A stretch of DNA of 64,000 bases from Luteipulveratus halotolerans. Its GTDB lineage: Bacteria > Actinomycetota > Actinomycetes > Actinomycetales > Dermatophilaceae. The notes under the pieces were generated by a model that was not told the origin of the DNA, did not search any database, and was given only the letters and a program-made list of their open reading frames with translations. Positions 37,801 to 47,870 of the stretch are shown one piece after another. Within the stretch, counting starts at the first letter, position 1. Each line of letters begins with the position of its first letter. Location: the NCBI RefSeq assembly GCF_001247745.1, contig NZ_LAIR01000002.1:1093784-1157783 (forward strand). Reading direction: 5' to 3'. A program made the position numbers and the translations under genes.

Positions 37801-39515
37801 ATCTCCTCGTCGAGCTCACCCACCCGCCGGCCGGGCCCGTCGCCACCTGCGAGGAACACGCCGTACAGCCCGCGGTCGGGGATCGTGCCGCCGCTCGTCG
37901 TGGCCAGCCACTGCGCTCCGCGTCGTCCGGACAGCACGCCGGCGACCCGGTCCCAGACCAGCCGGGGTCTCAGCTCGGCGAACTCGTCGCTCGGATAACG
38001 GCCCGAGAGCATGTCGAGCACCGACTCCAGGATCGACCGCGGCAGCCCCGCGAACGGGGTCGCCCGTCGTACGAGCTGCTCGAGCTCGTCGACCGCCCAG
38101 TCGTCCATCGCGCACATCGCGACGACCTGCTGGGCGAGCACGTCGACGGGGTTGGCGGGCACGTGCAGCGACTCGATGCCGCCGCTGCGCATGCGCTCGA
38201 CCACCACCGCTGTCTGCACCAGATCGCCCCTGAACTTCGGGAACAGCACGCCACGCGACACCGCGCCGACCTGGTGACCGGCGCGACCGACGCGCTGCAG
38301 CCCGCTCGCGACGCTCGGCGGCGACTCGACCTGGATGACCAGGTCGACCGCACCCATGTCGATGCCGAGCTCGAGCGAGCTGGTGGCGACGACGGCCGGC
38401 AGCCGGCCCGCCTTGAGGTCGTCCTCGACCTGGGCTCGCTGCTCCTTGCTGACCGAGCCGTGGTGGGCGCGTGCGAGGACGGGCGACGCGCCGTGGCTCT
38501 GCCCGGACTGGGCCATGACCTGGGCGGGGGTCGTGGTCGTACGCCGTGCGCCGACCTCGGCGGCACCCTCGCCGTCACCCGCCGCGGCCTCCAGGCGCTC
38601 CTGCCAGATCTCGTTGAGGCGGGCCGTGAGGCGCTCGGCGAGCCGGCGTGAGTTGGCGAACACCAGCGTCGAGCGGTGCTGCGCGACCAGGTCGACGATG
38701 CGTTCTTCGACGTGCGGCCAGATCGACGCCCGCTCCTGCGGGTCGTCGTCAGCACCGACCGGGCCGGCACCCAGCTCGGTCATGTCGGGCACGGGGACGA
38801 CGACCTCGAGGTCCCACTGCTTCTGCGACGGTGGCTGCACCGTGGTGACCGGCCGACCGCCGGCGAGGAAACGGGCGACCTCGTCGACCGGGCGCACCGT
38901 CGCCGAGAGCCCGATGCGCTGGGCGGCCTGGGGCAGCAAGGCATCCAGGCGTTCGAGGGTGAGCGCCAGGTGAGCGCCGCGCTTGGTGCCGGCGACCGCG
39001 TGGACCTCGTCGATGATGACCGTCTCGACGCCGGCGAGTGCCTCGCGAGCGGACGAGGTGAGCAGCAGGAACAACGACTCGGGAGTCGTGATCAGCACGT
39101 CCGACGGACGCCGCTGGAACGCCCGCCTCTCCTGGGCCGGGGTGTCGCCCGATCGCACCGCCACGGTGACATCGGGCTCGGGCAGGCCCAGCCGGGTGGC
39201 GGCGTGCTTGATGCCGACGAGAGGCGAGCGCAGGTTGCGCTCGACGTCGACCGCGAGCGCCTTCATCGGCGAGACGTAGAGCACCCGGCAGCGCTGGAGC
39301 GGCTCGTCCGGGACCGGCTCGGCAGCCAGCCGGTCGAGGGCCCACAGGAACGCCGACAGCGTCTTGCCCGAACCCGTCGGCGCCACGACGAGGGTGTGCT
39401 GTCCCGAGCTGATCGCGTCCCAGGCGCCGGCCTGCGCGGCGGTGGGCTCGCTGAAGCTGCCCGTGAACCACTCACGGGTCGCCGGTGAGAACCGGCTGAG
39501 GACGTCCTGCGGCAT
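34806..39515 (-). CDS. lhr: Lhr-family ATP-dependent DNA helicase (large helicase-related protein)
   Basis: SF2 motifs APTGSGKT and DEVH, then the Lhr C-terminal extension, about 1569 aa from the ATG at 39515 (MPQDVLSRFSPATREWF). The ORF is open to 40118 but the upstream part is antisense to the PCMT gene. Confidence 0.85.
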   Translation of the reverse strand: MPQDVLSRFSPATREWFTGSFSEPTAAQAGAWDAISSGQHTLVVAPTGSGKTLSAFLWALDRLAAEPVPDEPLQRCRVLYVSPMKALAVDVERNLRSPLVGIKHAATRLGLPEPDVTVAVRSGDTPAQERRAFQRRPSDVLITTPESLFLLLTSSAREALAGVETVIIDEVHAVAGTKRGAHLALTLERLDALLPQAAQRIGLSATVRPVDEVARFLAGGRPVTTVQPPSQKQWDLEVVVPVPDMTELGAGPVGADDDPQERASIWPHVEERIVDLVAQHRSTLVFANSRRLAERLTARLNEIWQERLEAAAGDGEGAAEVGARRTTTTPAQVMAQSGQSHGASPVLARAHHGSVSKEQRAQVEDDLKAGRLPAVVATSSLELGIDMGAVDLVIQVESPPSVASGLQRVGRAGHQVGAVSRGVLFPKFRGDLVQTAVVVERMRSGGIESLHVPANPVDVLAQQVVAMCAMDDWAVDELEQLVRRATPFAGLPRSILESVLDMLSGRYPSDEFAELRPRLVWDRVAGVLSGRRGAQWLATTSGGTIPDRGLYGVFLAGGDGPGRRVGELDEEMVYESRVGDVFTLGTTSWRIEDITHDQVLVSPAPGQPGRLPFWKGDSIGRPAELGKAVGGFVREVMALDDEAARTRVGVAGLDTWAGDNLLDYLREQQEATGHVPHDRSIVVERFRDELGDWRVVVHSPFGAQLHAPWALCVAARLREKFGVDVQAMHGDDGIVFRLLDLEVEQGGDLSRELMATITLDPDDVTDIVTAEIGGSALFAARFRECAARALLLPRRNPGRRQALWQQRQRSAQLLEVASRYPSFPIVLEAVRECVQDVYDVPGLVDLMRDLAARRVRLVEVETTTPSPFAKSLLFGYVAQFLYEGDSPLAERRAAALALDPSLLGELLGHGEGAALRDLLDSDVVRRTEAELQRLVDERRSRDAEDVADLVRWLGPLTLEEIRQRATDDGRDHVDAWVDALVDARRLIRVRLAQRDCVAAVEDASRLRDALGAALPVGVPAAFLEPVADPLGDLIARFARTRGPFTVPEAAERFGLGRAVVQDCLRRLVSAGRVVEGELRPVDIGGAPHSTDFCDAEVLRVLKRRSLAALRAEVEPVPAVDLARFLPAWQGVGSGQRGADGLLRAVEQLAGAQVPASALETLVLPARVVDYSPGLLDELMTSGEVVWQGHAALPGDDGWVSLHPADTAHLTLAPPDATFELQPLHRDLLAALEPGGAYFFRALSDAVSSSDDEQLLTALWDLVWSGHVTADTIVPVRALLSGGRTTHRARRSGPRRTRHSGRGTLGGLSAGRPSAPSRSGPPTGVGRWVALPAVESSATVRALAEAEVLLDRHGVVTRGTVAAEGVAGGFASVYRVLATAEESGRVRRGYFVEGLGASQFAGAGAVDRLRAQSKPLGSTRNPWDTAPDPREAARAVVLAAADPANPYGGALAWPERPVTDGSADDPSSGRTGSAGHRPGRKAGALVVLVDGALVLYVERGGKTLLSWSDDADDLGAAADALALAVREGALGQLTVAKADGDQLLGSTHPLAIALTDAGFHTTPRGLRLRS

Positions 39516-39575
39516 ACGCCCCAGCCTGCCACCGGCGTACGACATCAGCTCAGTGGCCGCGCGCATACTGGAGTG

Positions 39576-40166
39576 ATGACGGATGCCGTACGCCGTCGCG
39601 CGGCCGAGGCGATGCGCCGCACCCCGCGGGCCGACTTCCTCCCGCCCGAGGAGGCCGCTCGCGCCGGCCACGACGGTCCGCTCCCGATCGGCGGCGGGCA
39701 GACGAGCTCGCAACCACGCACGGTGCTCGACATGCTCGAGCTGCTCGACGTCCGGCCCGGTCAGCGGGTGCTCGACGTGGGCGCGGGCTCGGGCTGGACG
39801 ACGGCGATCCTGGCGGACCTCGTCGGCCCGCAGGGGCGCGTGACCGGGGTCGAACGGGTCTCCGCCCTCGCCGACCGGGCGGCCTCGTCGGTCGCGTCCG
39901 CCGGTCGCCCGTGGGCCACCGTCCATCGCGCCCAGCCGGACGTGCTCGGGCTGCCGGGCGAGGCGCCGTACGACCGGGTGCTCGTCTCGGCGATGGCCGA
40001 CCGGATGCCGACGTCCCTGGTCGAGCAGCTCGTCGTCGCCGGCGTCCTGGTCGCTCCTGTCGCCGGCCGGATGCTGCGCGTGACGCGCACGACCGGCGCT
40101 CCGGTGGTCGAGGAGCACGGCTGGTACAGCTTCGTGCCGCTGGTCGTCGACGGTGATGACTGGTAG
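39576..40166 (+). CDS. Protein-L-isoaspartate O-methyltransferase-like (PCMT family) methyltransferase
   Basis: A SAM motif I VLDVGAGSGWTTAIL and the PCMT-like order of motifs. The start is either GTG 39573 or ATG 39576. Confidence 0.75.
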   Translation: MTDAVRRRAAEAMRRTPRADFLPPEEAARAGHDGPLPIGGGQTSSQPRTVLDMLELLDVRPGQRVLDVGAGSGWTTAILADLVGPQGRVTGVERVSALADRAASSVASAGRPWATVHRAQPDVLGLPGEAPYDRVLVSAMADRMPTSLVEQLVVAGVLVAPVAGRMLRVTRTTGAPVVEEHGWYSFVPLVVDGDDW

Positions 40167-40175
40167 TCATACGCC

Positions 40176-40559
40176 ATGGACGCTGATCAGCTGACGCTCA
40201 CGATCACCCGCACGGGCGGCATCGTGGGCTTCGACGACCGCATCACGATCGAGCCGGACGGTCGGGTCGAGCTCACCACCAGAGGCCTCCCGGACGGCGA
40301 GTCGGGTCGACTGCTCGACGACTGGTACGAGCGCGTGAGCACCGCTCGCGACGCGGTCGACTGGACGGCCCTCGGTGACGACACGCCCACGACGCGGCAC
40401 CCCGACGACATGATCGTGGCGGTGAGAACCGTTGCAGGAGTAGGACGTTCGGACGACGAAAGGCTCGGCGACCTCGGCCCGCTCGCGCAGGACCTCGTCA
40501 ACGACCTGATGGGCGGCATCGAGGCGTCGTCGTCCTGCGGACCGGACCGACCTGCGTAG
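40176..40559 (+). CDS. Small acidic hypothetical protein
   Basis: 127 aa with high GC3, 9 nt downstream of the PCMT-like gene, so likely co-transcribed. Confidence 0.5.
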   Translation: MDADQLTLTITRTGGIVGFDDRITIEPDGRVELTTRGLPDGESGRLLDDWYERVSTARDAVDWTALGDDTPTTRHPDDMIVAVRTVAGVGRSDDERLGDLGPLAQDLVNDLMGGIEASSSCGPDRPA

Positions 40560-40572
40560 TGCGCCTGCCGGA

Positions 40573-41514
40573 CTACTTCCCGGCGAGGTCGGCGACGACC
40601 TGCGCCAACGGTCCGGCGACGTCGGCCCCGAGCACGAAGTGGGAGAACCCGAGCTCCTCTCGCCGCCGCAGGATCTCGTCGGTGGCAGCCGCGGGATCGC
40701 TGGGCAGGTGGGCGAGCGAGTCGGCCGCGCGGACGGCGGCCGCGTCGGTGTCGGGACCGGCCATGAACGGCGCGACGCCGTCGCCGACCACCGGCACGTG
40801 CAGTGCCAGCTCGAGGTCACGGCTGTTGTCGAACTGCCGCACCCGACGCGTGGTCTCGGCGCGTGTCTCGAGCTGGGGCATCACGAACGTCACCGTGTCC
40901 GCGAGCTCGGCGGCCAGGGCCTGGGCGCGCGGTCCGGAGACCGCCATGACGACCGGCGTGTGACGGTCGGTGCCGTCCAGCTCACGCAGCGCCACGATGA
41001 CGTCGCGGACCTGATCGGAGCGGCTGCGCGAGGAGTCGACGGGGATGCCGAGGTCGCGCAGCTGGTCGGCGATGCCGGGTCTGCCCGTGCCGATGCCCAT
41101 CTCGAAGCGGCCCTCGGTGAGCACGGACAGCGAGTGCGCCTCCCATGCGGTCATCCAGGGCGGTCTGACGGGGCAGGCGTAGACCCAGGTGCCGACGCGC
41201 AGGCCGGTCACCGACCCGGCGACGGCCAGCGCGGGCCCCGGGGCGGGCTGCCACTGCGGTGTGTCGGGCATCAGGACCGTCGAGTAACCGCTGTCGGCCA
41301 GGGACCGCAGGCTGTCGGTCCAGGTCGGCAGGTCGGTGGTGAACGGCGCGACCGCGCCGAATCGCAGGGGTCGGCGCGTCGGCGGGTTCGGCGTCTCGGG
41401 CATGGTGCTCACCTCTTCGTCAGACCCGACACGTCGTCGGGTGCTCATCATCTCCACGAAGGCGTCGAGGCGGATGCGACAGTGCGAGCCAGGCCGGTCG
41501 TCGTACCGCGACAT
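40573..41514 (-). CDS. LLM-class (luciferase-like) F420-dependent oxidoreductase
   Basis: 313 aa with TIM-barrel LLM family conservation. Confidence 0.7.
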   Translation of the reverse strand: MSRYDDRPGSHCRIRLDAFVEMMSTRRRVGSDEEVSTMPETPNPPTRRPLRFGAVAPFTTDLPTWTDSLRSLADSGYSTVLMPDTPQWQPAPGPALAVAGSVTGLRVGTWVYACPVRPPWMTAWEAHSLSVLTEGRFEMGIGTGRPGIADQLRDLGIPVDSSRSRSDQVRDVIVALRELDGTDRHTPVVMAVSGPRAQALAAELADTVTFVMPQLETRAETTRRVRQFDNSRDLELALHVPVVGDGVAPFMAGPDTDAAAVRAADSLAHLPSDPAAATDEILRRREELGFSHFVLGADVAGPLAQVVADLAGK

Positions 41515-41541
41515 GCTCGACGACCGGCCGGCCGGAGTTCG

Positions 41542-43068
<1,527 letters not shown>

Positions 43069-45144
43069 TCAGCCGAGGGTCACCGACGTGTCGTCGAAGA
43101 CGAAGCTCGTCTGCAGCGAGGAGTCCTCGGTGGCCGAGAACTTGATGGTGATCGTCTTGCCCTTGTAGGCGGACAGGTCGAACGTCTTCTGGCTGTACGT
43201 GCTGCTGGTGCCGACGTTGGAGTACGTCGCGAGCGTCGAGGTCGTCGTGCCGCTCACGACCTGGACCTTGGCGGTGTCGTACGCCGTGGAGCCGGACTCA
43301 CTCGTGTCGGTGCGGACCCAGTACGACAGCTTGGGGGCTGCCGCGGTGGACGGGATCGTGACCGACTGCGACTCGTTCTCCGACGTGGACGAACCGTTGC
43401 CGCCGAGCCACAGCTTCCACGAGCCGGTGTGGGCCGGGCGACCGGTGTTGTTGGTGATCGGGCCGGAGGTGCCGGTCCAGTCGACCGCGCCGGACTCGAA
43501 GCCCGGGTTCTTCAGCAGGTTGTCGCCGGTGGGCGGAGGCGTGGTGCCACCGTCGCACTTCTCGGTGCCGGCCGGGACGCTGATGGCGGTGAACGCCTTC
43601 TCGATGCCCGCGCACTCGGCCGAGCTCGCGCCGTACAGGTCCTTGGCGGCCTTGATAGCCCCGTTGCGAGCGGCGCCGTAGGTGCTGCTGCTCGTGAGGT
43701 AGGTCGACAGCGTGCGATACCAGACCTTGGCGACCTTGTCGCGGCCGATGCCGGACACGGTGGAGCCGTCACAGGTCGGGCTGTTGTAGGAGACACCGTT
43801 GATCGTCTTGGCGCCCGAGCCCTCGGAGGCCAGGTAGAACCAGTGGTTCAGCGGGCCGGAGGAGTAGTGCGGGTCGACGCCGGACATGTTGCGGTAGCAG
43901 TCGTAGGAGCCGCCGTCCTTGGAGGGCTTGTCCATGTAGCGCAGCGGCGTGCCGTTGCCGTTGATGTTGATCTCCTCGCCGATGAGGTAGTCACCGGGGT
44001 CGGAGGTGTTGCCGGAGTACCACTCGACCATGGTGCCGAAGATGTCCGACGTCGCCTCGTTGAGACCGCCCGGGTCGCCGGAGTAGTCCAGACCCGCGGT
44101 GTTCTCGGTGACGCCGTGGCTCATCTCATGGCCGGCGACGTCGATCGAGGTGAGCGGGTTGCTGTTGCTCGAGCCGTCGCCGTACGTCATCTGCGTGCCG
44201 TCCCAGAAGGCGTTGACGTAGTTGCTGCCGTAGTGGACGCGCGAGCGTGCGCCGCGGCCGTCGTTCCAGATGCCGTTGCGGCCCTGGACGTTCTTGTAGT
44301 AGTTGAACGTCTTCTCCGCGCCGTACTGCGCGTCGACCGCAGCCGACTGACGGCTCGAGGTGGAGCCGTTGCCCCACACGTCGTCGCTGTCGGTGAACTC
44401 GGTGCCGGTGCCGCTGGTCGAGCCGTTCAGGTCGGTCGTGTAGTTGTTCACGCCGTCGCGCAGCTTGTACGCGCCCGAGCTGCCCGTGGTGGTGAGGGAG
44501 ACGCTGCCGACGTGCACGCCGTTGCCGGTGCCCTCGACGATCTCGTCGCGTGAGCCGAGGACCTTGCCGTTCTGGGCGTCGACGTAGGTGTGCAGACGGC
44601 TCGGCGTCTGGTTGTCGCGGACGCCGGTGGTGAGCACGTCGTACGCCAGACGCGGACCGGAGGGGTCGGAGGCGTAGACGACCAGCTCGCCCTTGCTCGT
44701 GGCCACGGACGCCTTGTCGGCCTGGGCGCTCTGGCGGCCCTTGGCGACGGCGGTGGCCGACGACACCGTCGGGGTCGTGGCGACGGCGACCTTCTTGCCC
44801 GCGCCGTTCCAGCTCACGCTCTTGACCGAGCCCGAGCGGTCGTTGTGGCTGACGAAGTCGCCGCCGACGACACGCAGGCCCTTGAACGTGCGGTTGTAGC
44901 GGACGTGCTTCGTGCCGTCGGCGTCGGTGATGACGTCCTTGACGACGAGCTTCTCGTCGCTGGACAGGCCCAGTGCTCGGGCGTTGTCGCCCGCTGCGGC
45001 CTGGGCCGAGGCGATCGCGGCTGAGCGTGCCTGGGCGGCAGCGGGGACGGCCGACGAGACCGAGCCGACCGCGTCCGTGGTGGGGCAGAGTGCAACAGCA
45101 GAGGCCAACGTCGTGCCAGCGACGACCAGCTTGAGGTGCTTCAC
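43069..45144 (-). CDS. Secreted M4 (thermolysin-family) metalloprotease with FTP/PepSY propeptide and C-terminal CBM-like domain
   Basis: Signal peptide. HEMSH zinc motif (VAGHEMSHGV) and a downstream GGLNEATSDIFG Glu ligand. The C-terminal domain is about 80% identical to that of the M28 enzyme. Confidence 0.85.
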   Translation of the reverse strand: MKHLKLVVAGTTLASAVALCPTTDAVGSVSSAVPAAAQARSAAIASAQAAAGDNARALGLSSDEKLVVKDVITDADGTKHVRYNRTFKGLRVVGGDFVSHNDRSGSVKSVSWNGAGKKVAVATTPTVSSATAVAKGRQSAQADKASVATSKGELVVYASDPSGPRLAYDVLTTGVRDNQTPSRLHTYVDAQNGKVLGSRDEIVEGTGNGVHVGSVSLTTTGSSGAYKLRDGVNNYTTDLNGSTSGTGTEFTDSDDVWGNGSTSSRQSAAVDAQYGAEKTFNYYKNVQGRNGIWNDGRGARSRVHYGSNYVNAFWDGTQMTYGDGSSNSNPLTSIDVAGHEMSHGVTENTAGLDYSGDPGGLNEATSDIFGTMVEWYSGNTSDPGDYLIGEEININGNGTPLRYMDKPSKDGGSYDCYRNMSGVDPHYSSGPLNHWFYLASEGSGAKTINGVSYNSPTCDGSTVSGIGRDKVAKVWYRTLSTYLTSSSTYGAARNGAIKAAKDLYGASSAECAGIEKAFTAISVPAGTEKCDGGTTPPPTGDNLLKNPGFESGAVDWTGTSGPITNNTGRPAHTGSWKLWLGGNGSSTSENESQSVTIPSTAAAPKLSYWVRTDTSESGSTAYDTAKVQVVSGTTTSTLATYSNVGTSSTYSQKTFDLSAYKGKTITIKFSATEDSSLQTSFVFDDTSVTLG

Positions 45145-45249
45145 AGGTTTCCTCCTGAGGGGGAGCCGCCGGGTCAGCGGCTGGGAGTGACCCGTCAGGA
45201 GCGCATCGAGCCGTGGTGCGGCTCACGACGTGGCGGGTCGCACCGAAGA

Positions 45250-45324
45250 TTCCTGCGCAGGGCTCGTCGGCGGCAAGGTTCCTGGCGGGTCACAGTCGCA
45301 GAAATGGCGTTCCTGGGAGGAACG
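45250..45324. promoter_or_regulatory. Three TTCCTG(G) direct repeats spaced ~29 nt plus palindrome CGTTCCT-ggg-AGGAACG upstream of the M4 protease gene
   Basis: gattcctgcg...ggttcctggcgg...cgttcctgggaggaacg, read directly. They lie about 105-175 nt upstream of the protease start. Confidence 0.3.
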
Positions 45325-45368
45325 CGGCCCGCTCACGCGGTGAACGTCAAGGAAGGTTAAGCAGACGT

Positions 45369-45905
45369 TCAGTTCTGCGTATCAGGGATGACACGCAGCG
45401 TCGACAGCGTGGTGGCGAGCATCGCGTAGTGGCCGACGAGCAGCAGCAGCTCGATGCACTCACGCTCGTCGAGATGCGCGCGCAGCATCGACCAGGTCTC
45501 GTCGCCGAGGTCGTCCGTGCTCAACAGCTCGTCCGCTGCGAGCAGGATGATGTGCTCCCGCGCAGACCACTCGAGCCCGAGGTCGTCCTGCCCCAGTCGC
45601 TCGATCTCCTGGCGGCTCAGGCCTGCTCGGCGGCCGAGGCGCTCGTGGTGGGCCCACTCGTAGTCGCTGTCGCGCTGGTAGGCCGTGCGCAGGATGACCA
45701 TCTCGCTCTCGCGGCGGGCGAGTCGGCCGAACGGCATCAGCGTCGCGGCGAAGGCCAGCCATCCCCAGTACGTACGCCGGGTGCGGCCCAGCGTGGTGAA
45801 GATCGCCGGGGGACTCGTGCGGGTGACGCGTCCCGCGACGCGGCTCATCGCGTACGCCGCCGGTCCGATCTCCCGGAGCGTCCCGGGAGAGATCCGGGCC
45901 GTCAC
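45369..45905 (-). CDS. Carboxymuconolactone decarboxylase (CMD/AhpD-like) family protein
   Basis: 178 aa with a GTG start overlapping the SDR stop (GTGA). Confidence 0.65.
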   Translation of the reverse strand: MTARISPGTLREIGPAAYAMSRVAGRVTRTSPPAIFTTLGRTRRTYWGWLAFAATLMPFGRLARRESEMVILRTAYQRDSDYEWAHHERLGRRAGLSRQEIERLGQDDLGLEWSAREHIILLAADELLSTDDLGDETWSMLRAHLDERECIELLLLVGHYAMLATTLSTLRVIPDTQN

Positions 45906-46762
45906 CGCAGCTCCCGTCGCTGCGGCTGAACGGTGGTGAAGTCGACGTCCTCGCGTTGGGCCAGCTCCAGGGCCTCGCGCAGATGGGGCAACGGTTTGAG
46001 CTCGACCACGCGCTGGGCGATCTCGCGAGCAGGCAGCACGGCCCGGACCCAGCCCGGTGAGCAGATCCGACGAGAGCGGCGGGCGATGCCGCGCTCGAGC
46101 GCATCGATGGCCGGGCCGAGCGGGGCGACGCCGCTGATCGTGCCGCCGCCTCCGAGCAGCGTGCTCGCCGACTCGGTGCCGAAGCCTCGCGTGGTCATGT
46201 CGGTGTCGAGCTCGGCGAAGTAGGCGACGCCGACCTTCGCACCCGTCGGCCGCACCTCGCAGCGGAACGTGTTGCCGATCGCCTCGACCGCCGCCTTGGA
46301 CGCCGAATAAGCACCCAGGAGAGGGAGATTGACGCCTGCGGCCAACGACGACGTGGCCAGGGCGTAGCCCTCGCGGTGGCTGATGTGCGGTGCCGCCGCG
46401 CGCAGCGTGTAGTAGACGCCCAGGGTGTTGACCTGCAGCGTGCGCTCCATGACGGTCGGGTCGCCGCCGTCGATGGGCAGCTGCTTGGCGATGCCGGCGT
46501 TGGCGACGACCACATCGAGCCCGCCGAGCTCGCGGACGGTCTGCGCGACGGCAGCGTCGACCTGCTCGCGGTCCGAGACGTCGCACTCGCTCCAGGGGCC
46601 GTCGACGTCGGCCGCGACGGTCTCGAGGAGGTCGGGCTCCAGCCCCGCCACGGCGACGTGGGCACCCCGCTCGTGCAGCCGCTTCGCCAGGGCGGCGCCG
46701 ATGCCTCGTGCCGCACCGGTGATCAGGACCCGCCTGCCGGCGACCGTGCTCGCTCCACCCAT
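45902..46762 (-). CDS. SDR-family oxidoreductase
   Basis: TGAARGIG Rossmann motif and YSASK catalytic motif. Confidence 0.8.
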   Translation of the reverse strand: MGGASTVAGRRVLITGAARGIGAALAKRLHERGAHVAVAGLEPDLLETVAADVDGPWSECDVSDREQVDAAVAQTVRELGGLDVVVANAGIAKQLPIDGGDPTVMERTLQVNTLGVYYTLRAAAPHISHREGYALATSSLAAGVNLPLLGAYSASKAAVEAIGNTFRCEVRPTGAKVGVAYFAELDTDMTTRGFGTESASTLLGGGGTISGVAPLGPAIDALERGIARRSRRICSPGWVRAVLPAREIAQRVVELKPLPHLREALELAQREDVDFTTVQPQRRELR

Positions 46763-46826
46763 GGGTCCACGTTAGGTGGGTGATGACGGCGACGTAGGGA
46801 TAACGGGTCACTCGATCCGGCGTCGA

Positions 46827-47870
46827 TCAGGGATCGGTCGCCCGGGGCTGCTGCTGGGTGATGCAGTGGATGCCTCCGCCCCGGGCGAAGAGCTCGCGGG
46901 CGTCGACGCCGACGACGGTGCGGCCGGGATAGACACGGCGGAGCACGTCGAGAGCGCGCTCGTCGTGCGGGTCGTCGAACGTGCACGCCACGACGCCGCC
47001 GTTGACCACGAGGTGGTTGACGTAGCTGTAGTCGACCGGCCCCTCATCGTCGAAAAGCGTTGCGGGAGCGGGGATTCGGACGATCTCGAACGGCCGGCCC
47101 GCGGCATCGACCTGACCCTCGAGGAACGTGATGATCTCGGCGCTCACGACGTGATCGGGGTGCTCGGGGTCCTCCTGGTCGTGCACGAGCACCACTCCCG
47201 GCGAGGGCATCGTCGCCACGATGTCGACGTGCCCTCGCGTGCCGAACTCCTCGTAGTCGCGCGTGAGTCCCCGTGGCAGCCAGACGACGTGGGAGGCCCC
47301 GATCGTCCGGGCGAGCTCGGCCTCGACGTCGGCTCTGCTCGCGCCCGGGTTGCGGCCCGGGTCGAGCTGCACGGTCGCGGTGACCAGGACCGTGCCCTCG
47401 CCGTCGACGTGGATGCCGCCGCCTTCGTTGACGAGCGGTGAGTCGATGAGTCTGGCGCCGGCGAGCTCGCCGACGTACGAACCGATCTCGGCGTCCTTGC
47501 CCCAGGTCGCCCACGACTGTGCGCCCCACCCGTTGAAGACCCAGTCGACCGCGCCGAGCCGGCCGTGCTCGTCGAGCACGAAGGACGGACCGATGTCGCG
47601 CATCCAGGCGTCGTCGAGCGGTGCCTCGTGGAGGGTGACCTTCGGGTCGAGGTGTGCACGGGCGTCGTCGACCGCCGACGGGTCGACGACCATGTGCACG
47701 GGCTGGAAGGCGACGACGGCGTTGGCGACAGCGGCCCAGGTACGGCGTGCGGCGTCCGCCTCGTCGTCGGTGTCGCCCAACGTGTAGCCCGCGTGCGGCC
47801 ACGCCATCCAGGTGCAGGTCTGCGCGGCGGTCTCGGCCGGCATCCGCCACCGCTGCGGGTCGGCAGCCAT
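46827..47870 (-). CDS. aguA: Agmatine deiminase (porphyranase-type PAD fold)
   Basis: 347 aa with conservation across the fold and the C-terminal GGGIHCITQQ catalytic Cys motif. Its start overlaps the aguB stop. Confidence 0.8.
   Translation of the reverse strand: MAADPQRWRMPAETAAQTCTWMAWPHAGYTLGDTDDEADAARRTWAAVANAVVAFQPVHMVVDPSAVDDARAHLDPKVTLHEAPLDDAWMRDIGPSFVLDEHGRLGAVDWVFNGWGAQSWATWGKDAEIGSYVGELAGARLIDSPLVNEGGGIHVDGEGTVLVTATVQLDPGRNPGASRADVEAELARTIGASHVVWLPRGLTRDYEEFGTRGHVDIVATMPSPGVVLVHDQEDPEHPDHVVSAEIITFLEGQVDAAGRPFEIVRIPAPATLFDDEGPVDYSYVNHLVVNGGVVACTFDDPHDERALDVLRRVYPGRTVVGVDARELFARGGGIHCITQQQPRATDP

Noticed and set aside
40176-40559. Small acidic protein as an emfourin-type M4 protease inhibitor (an M4 protease lies 2.5 kb away)
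   Set aside because: I cannot recall a diagnostic emfourin motif to compare against. The gene is not in the protease operon, and the M4 enzyme here is thermolysin-like with FTP/PepSY rather than protealysin-like. The idea is unsupported.
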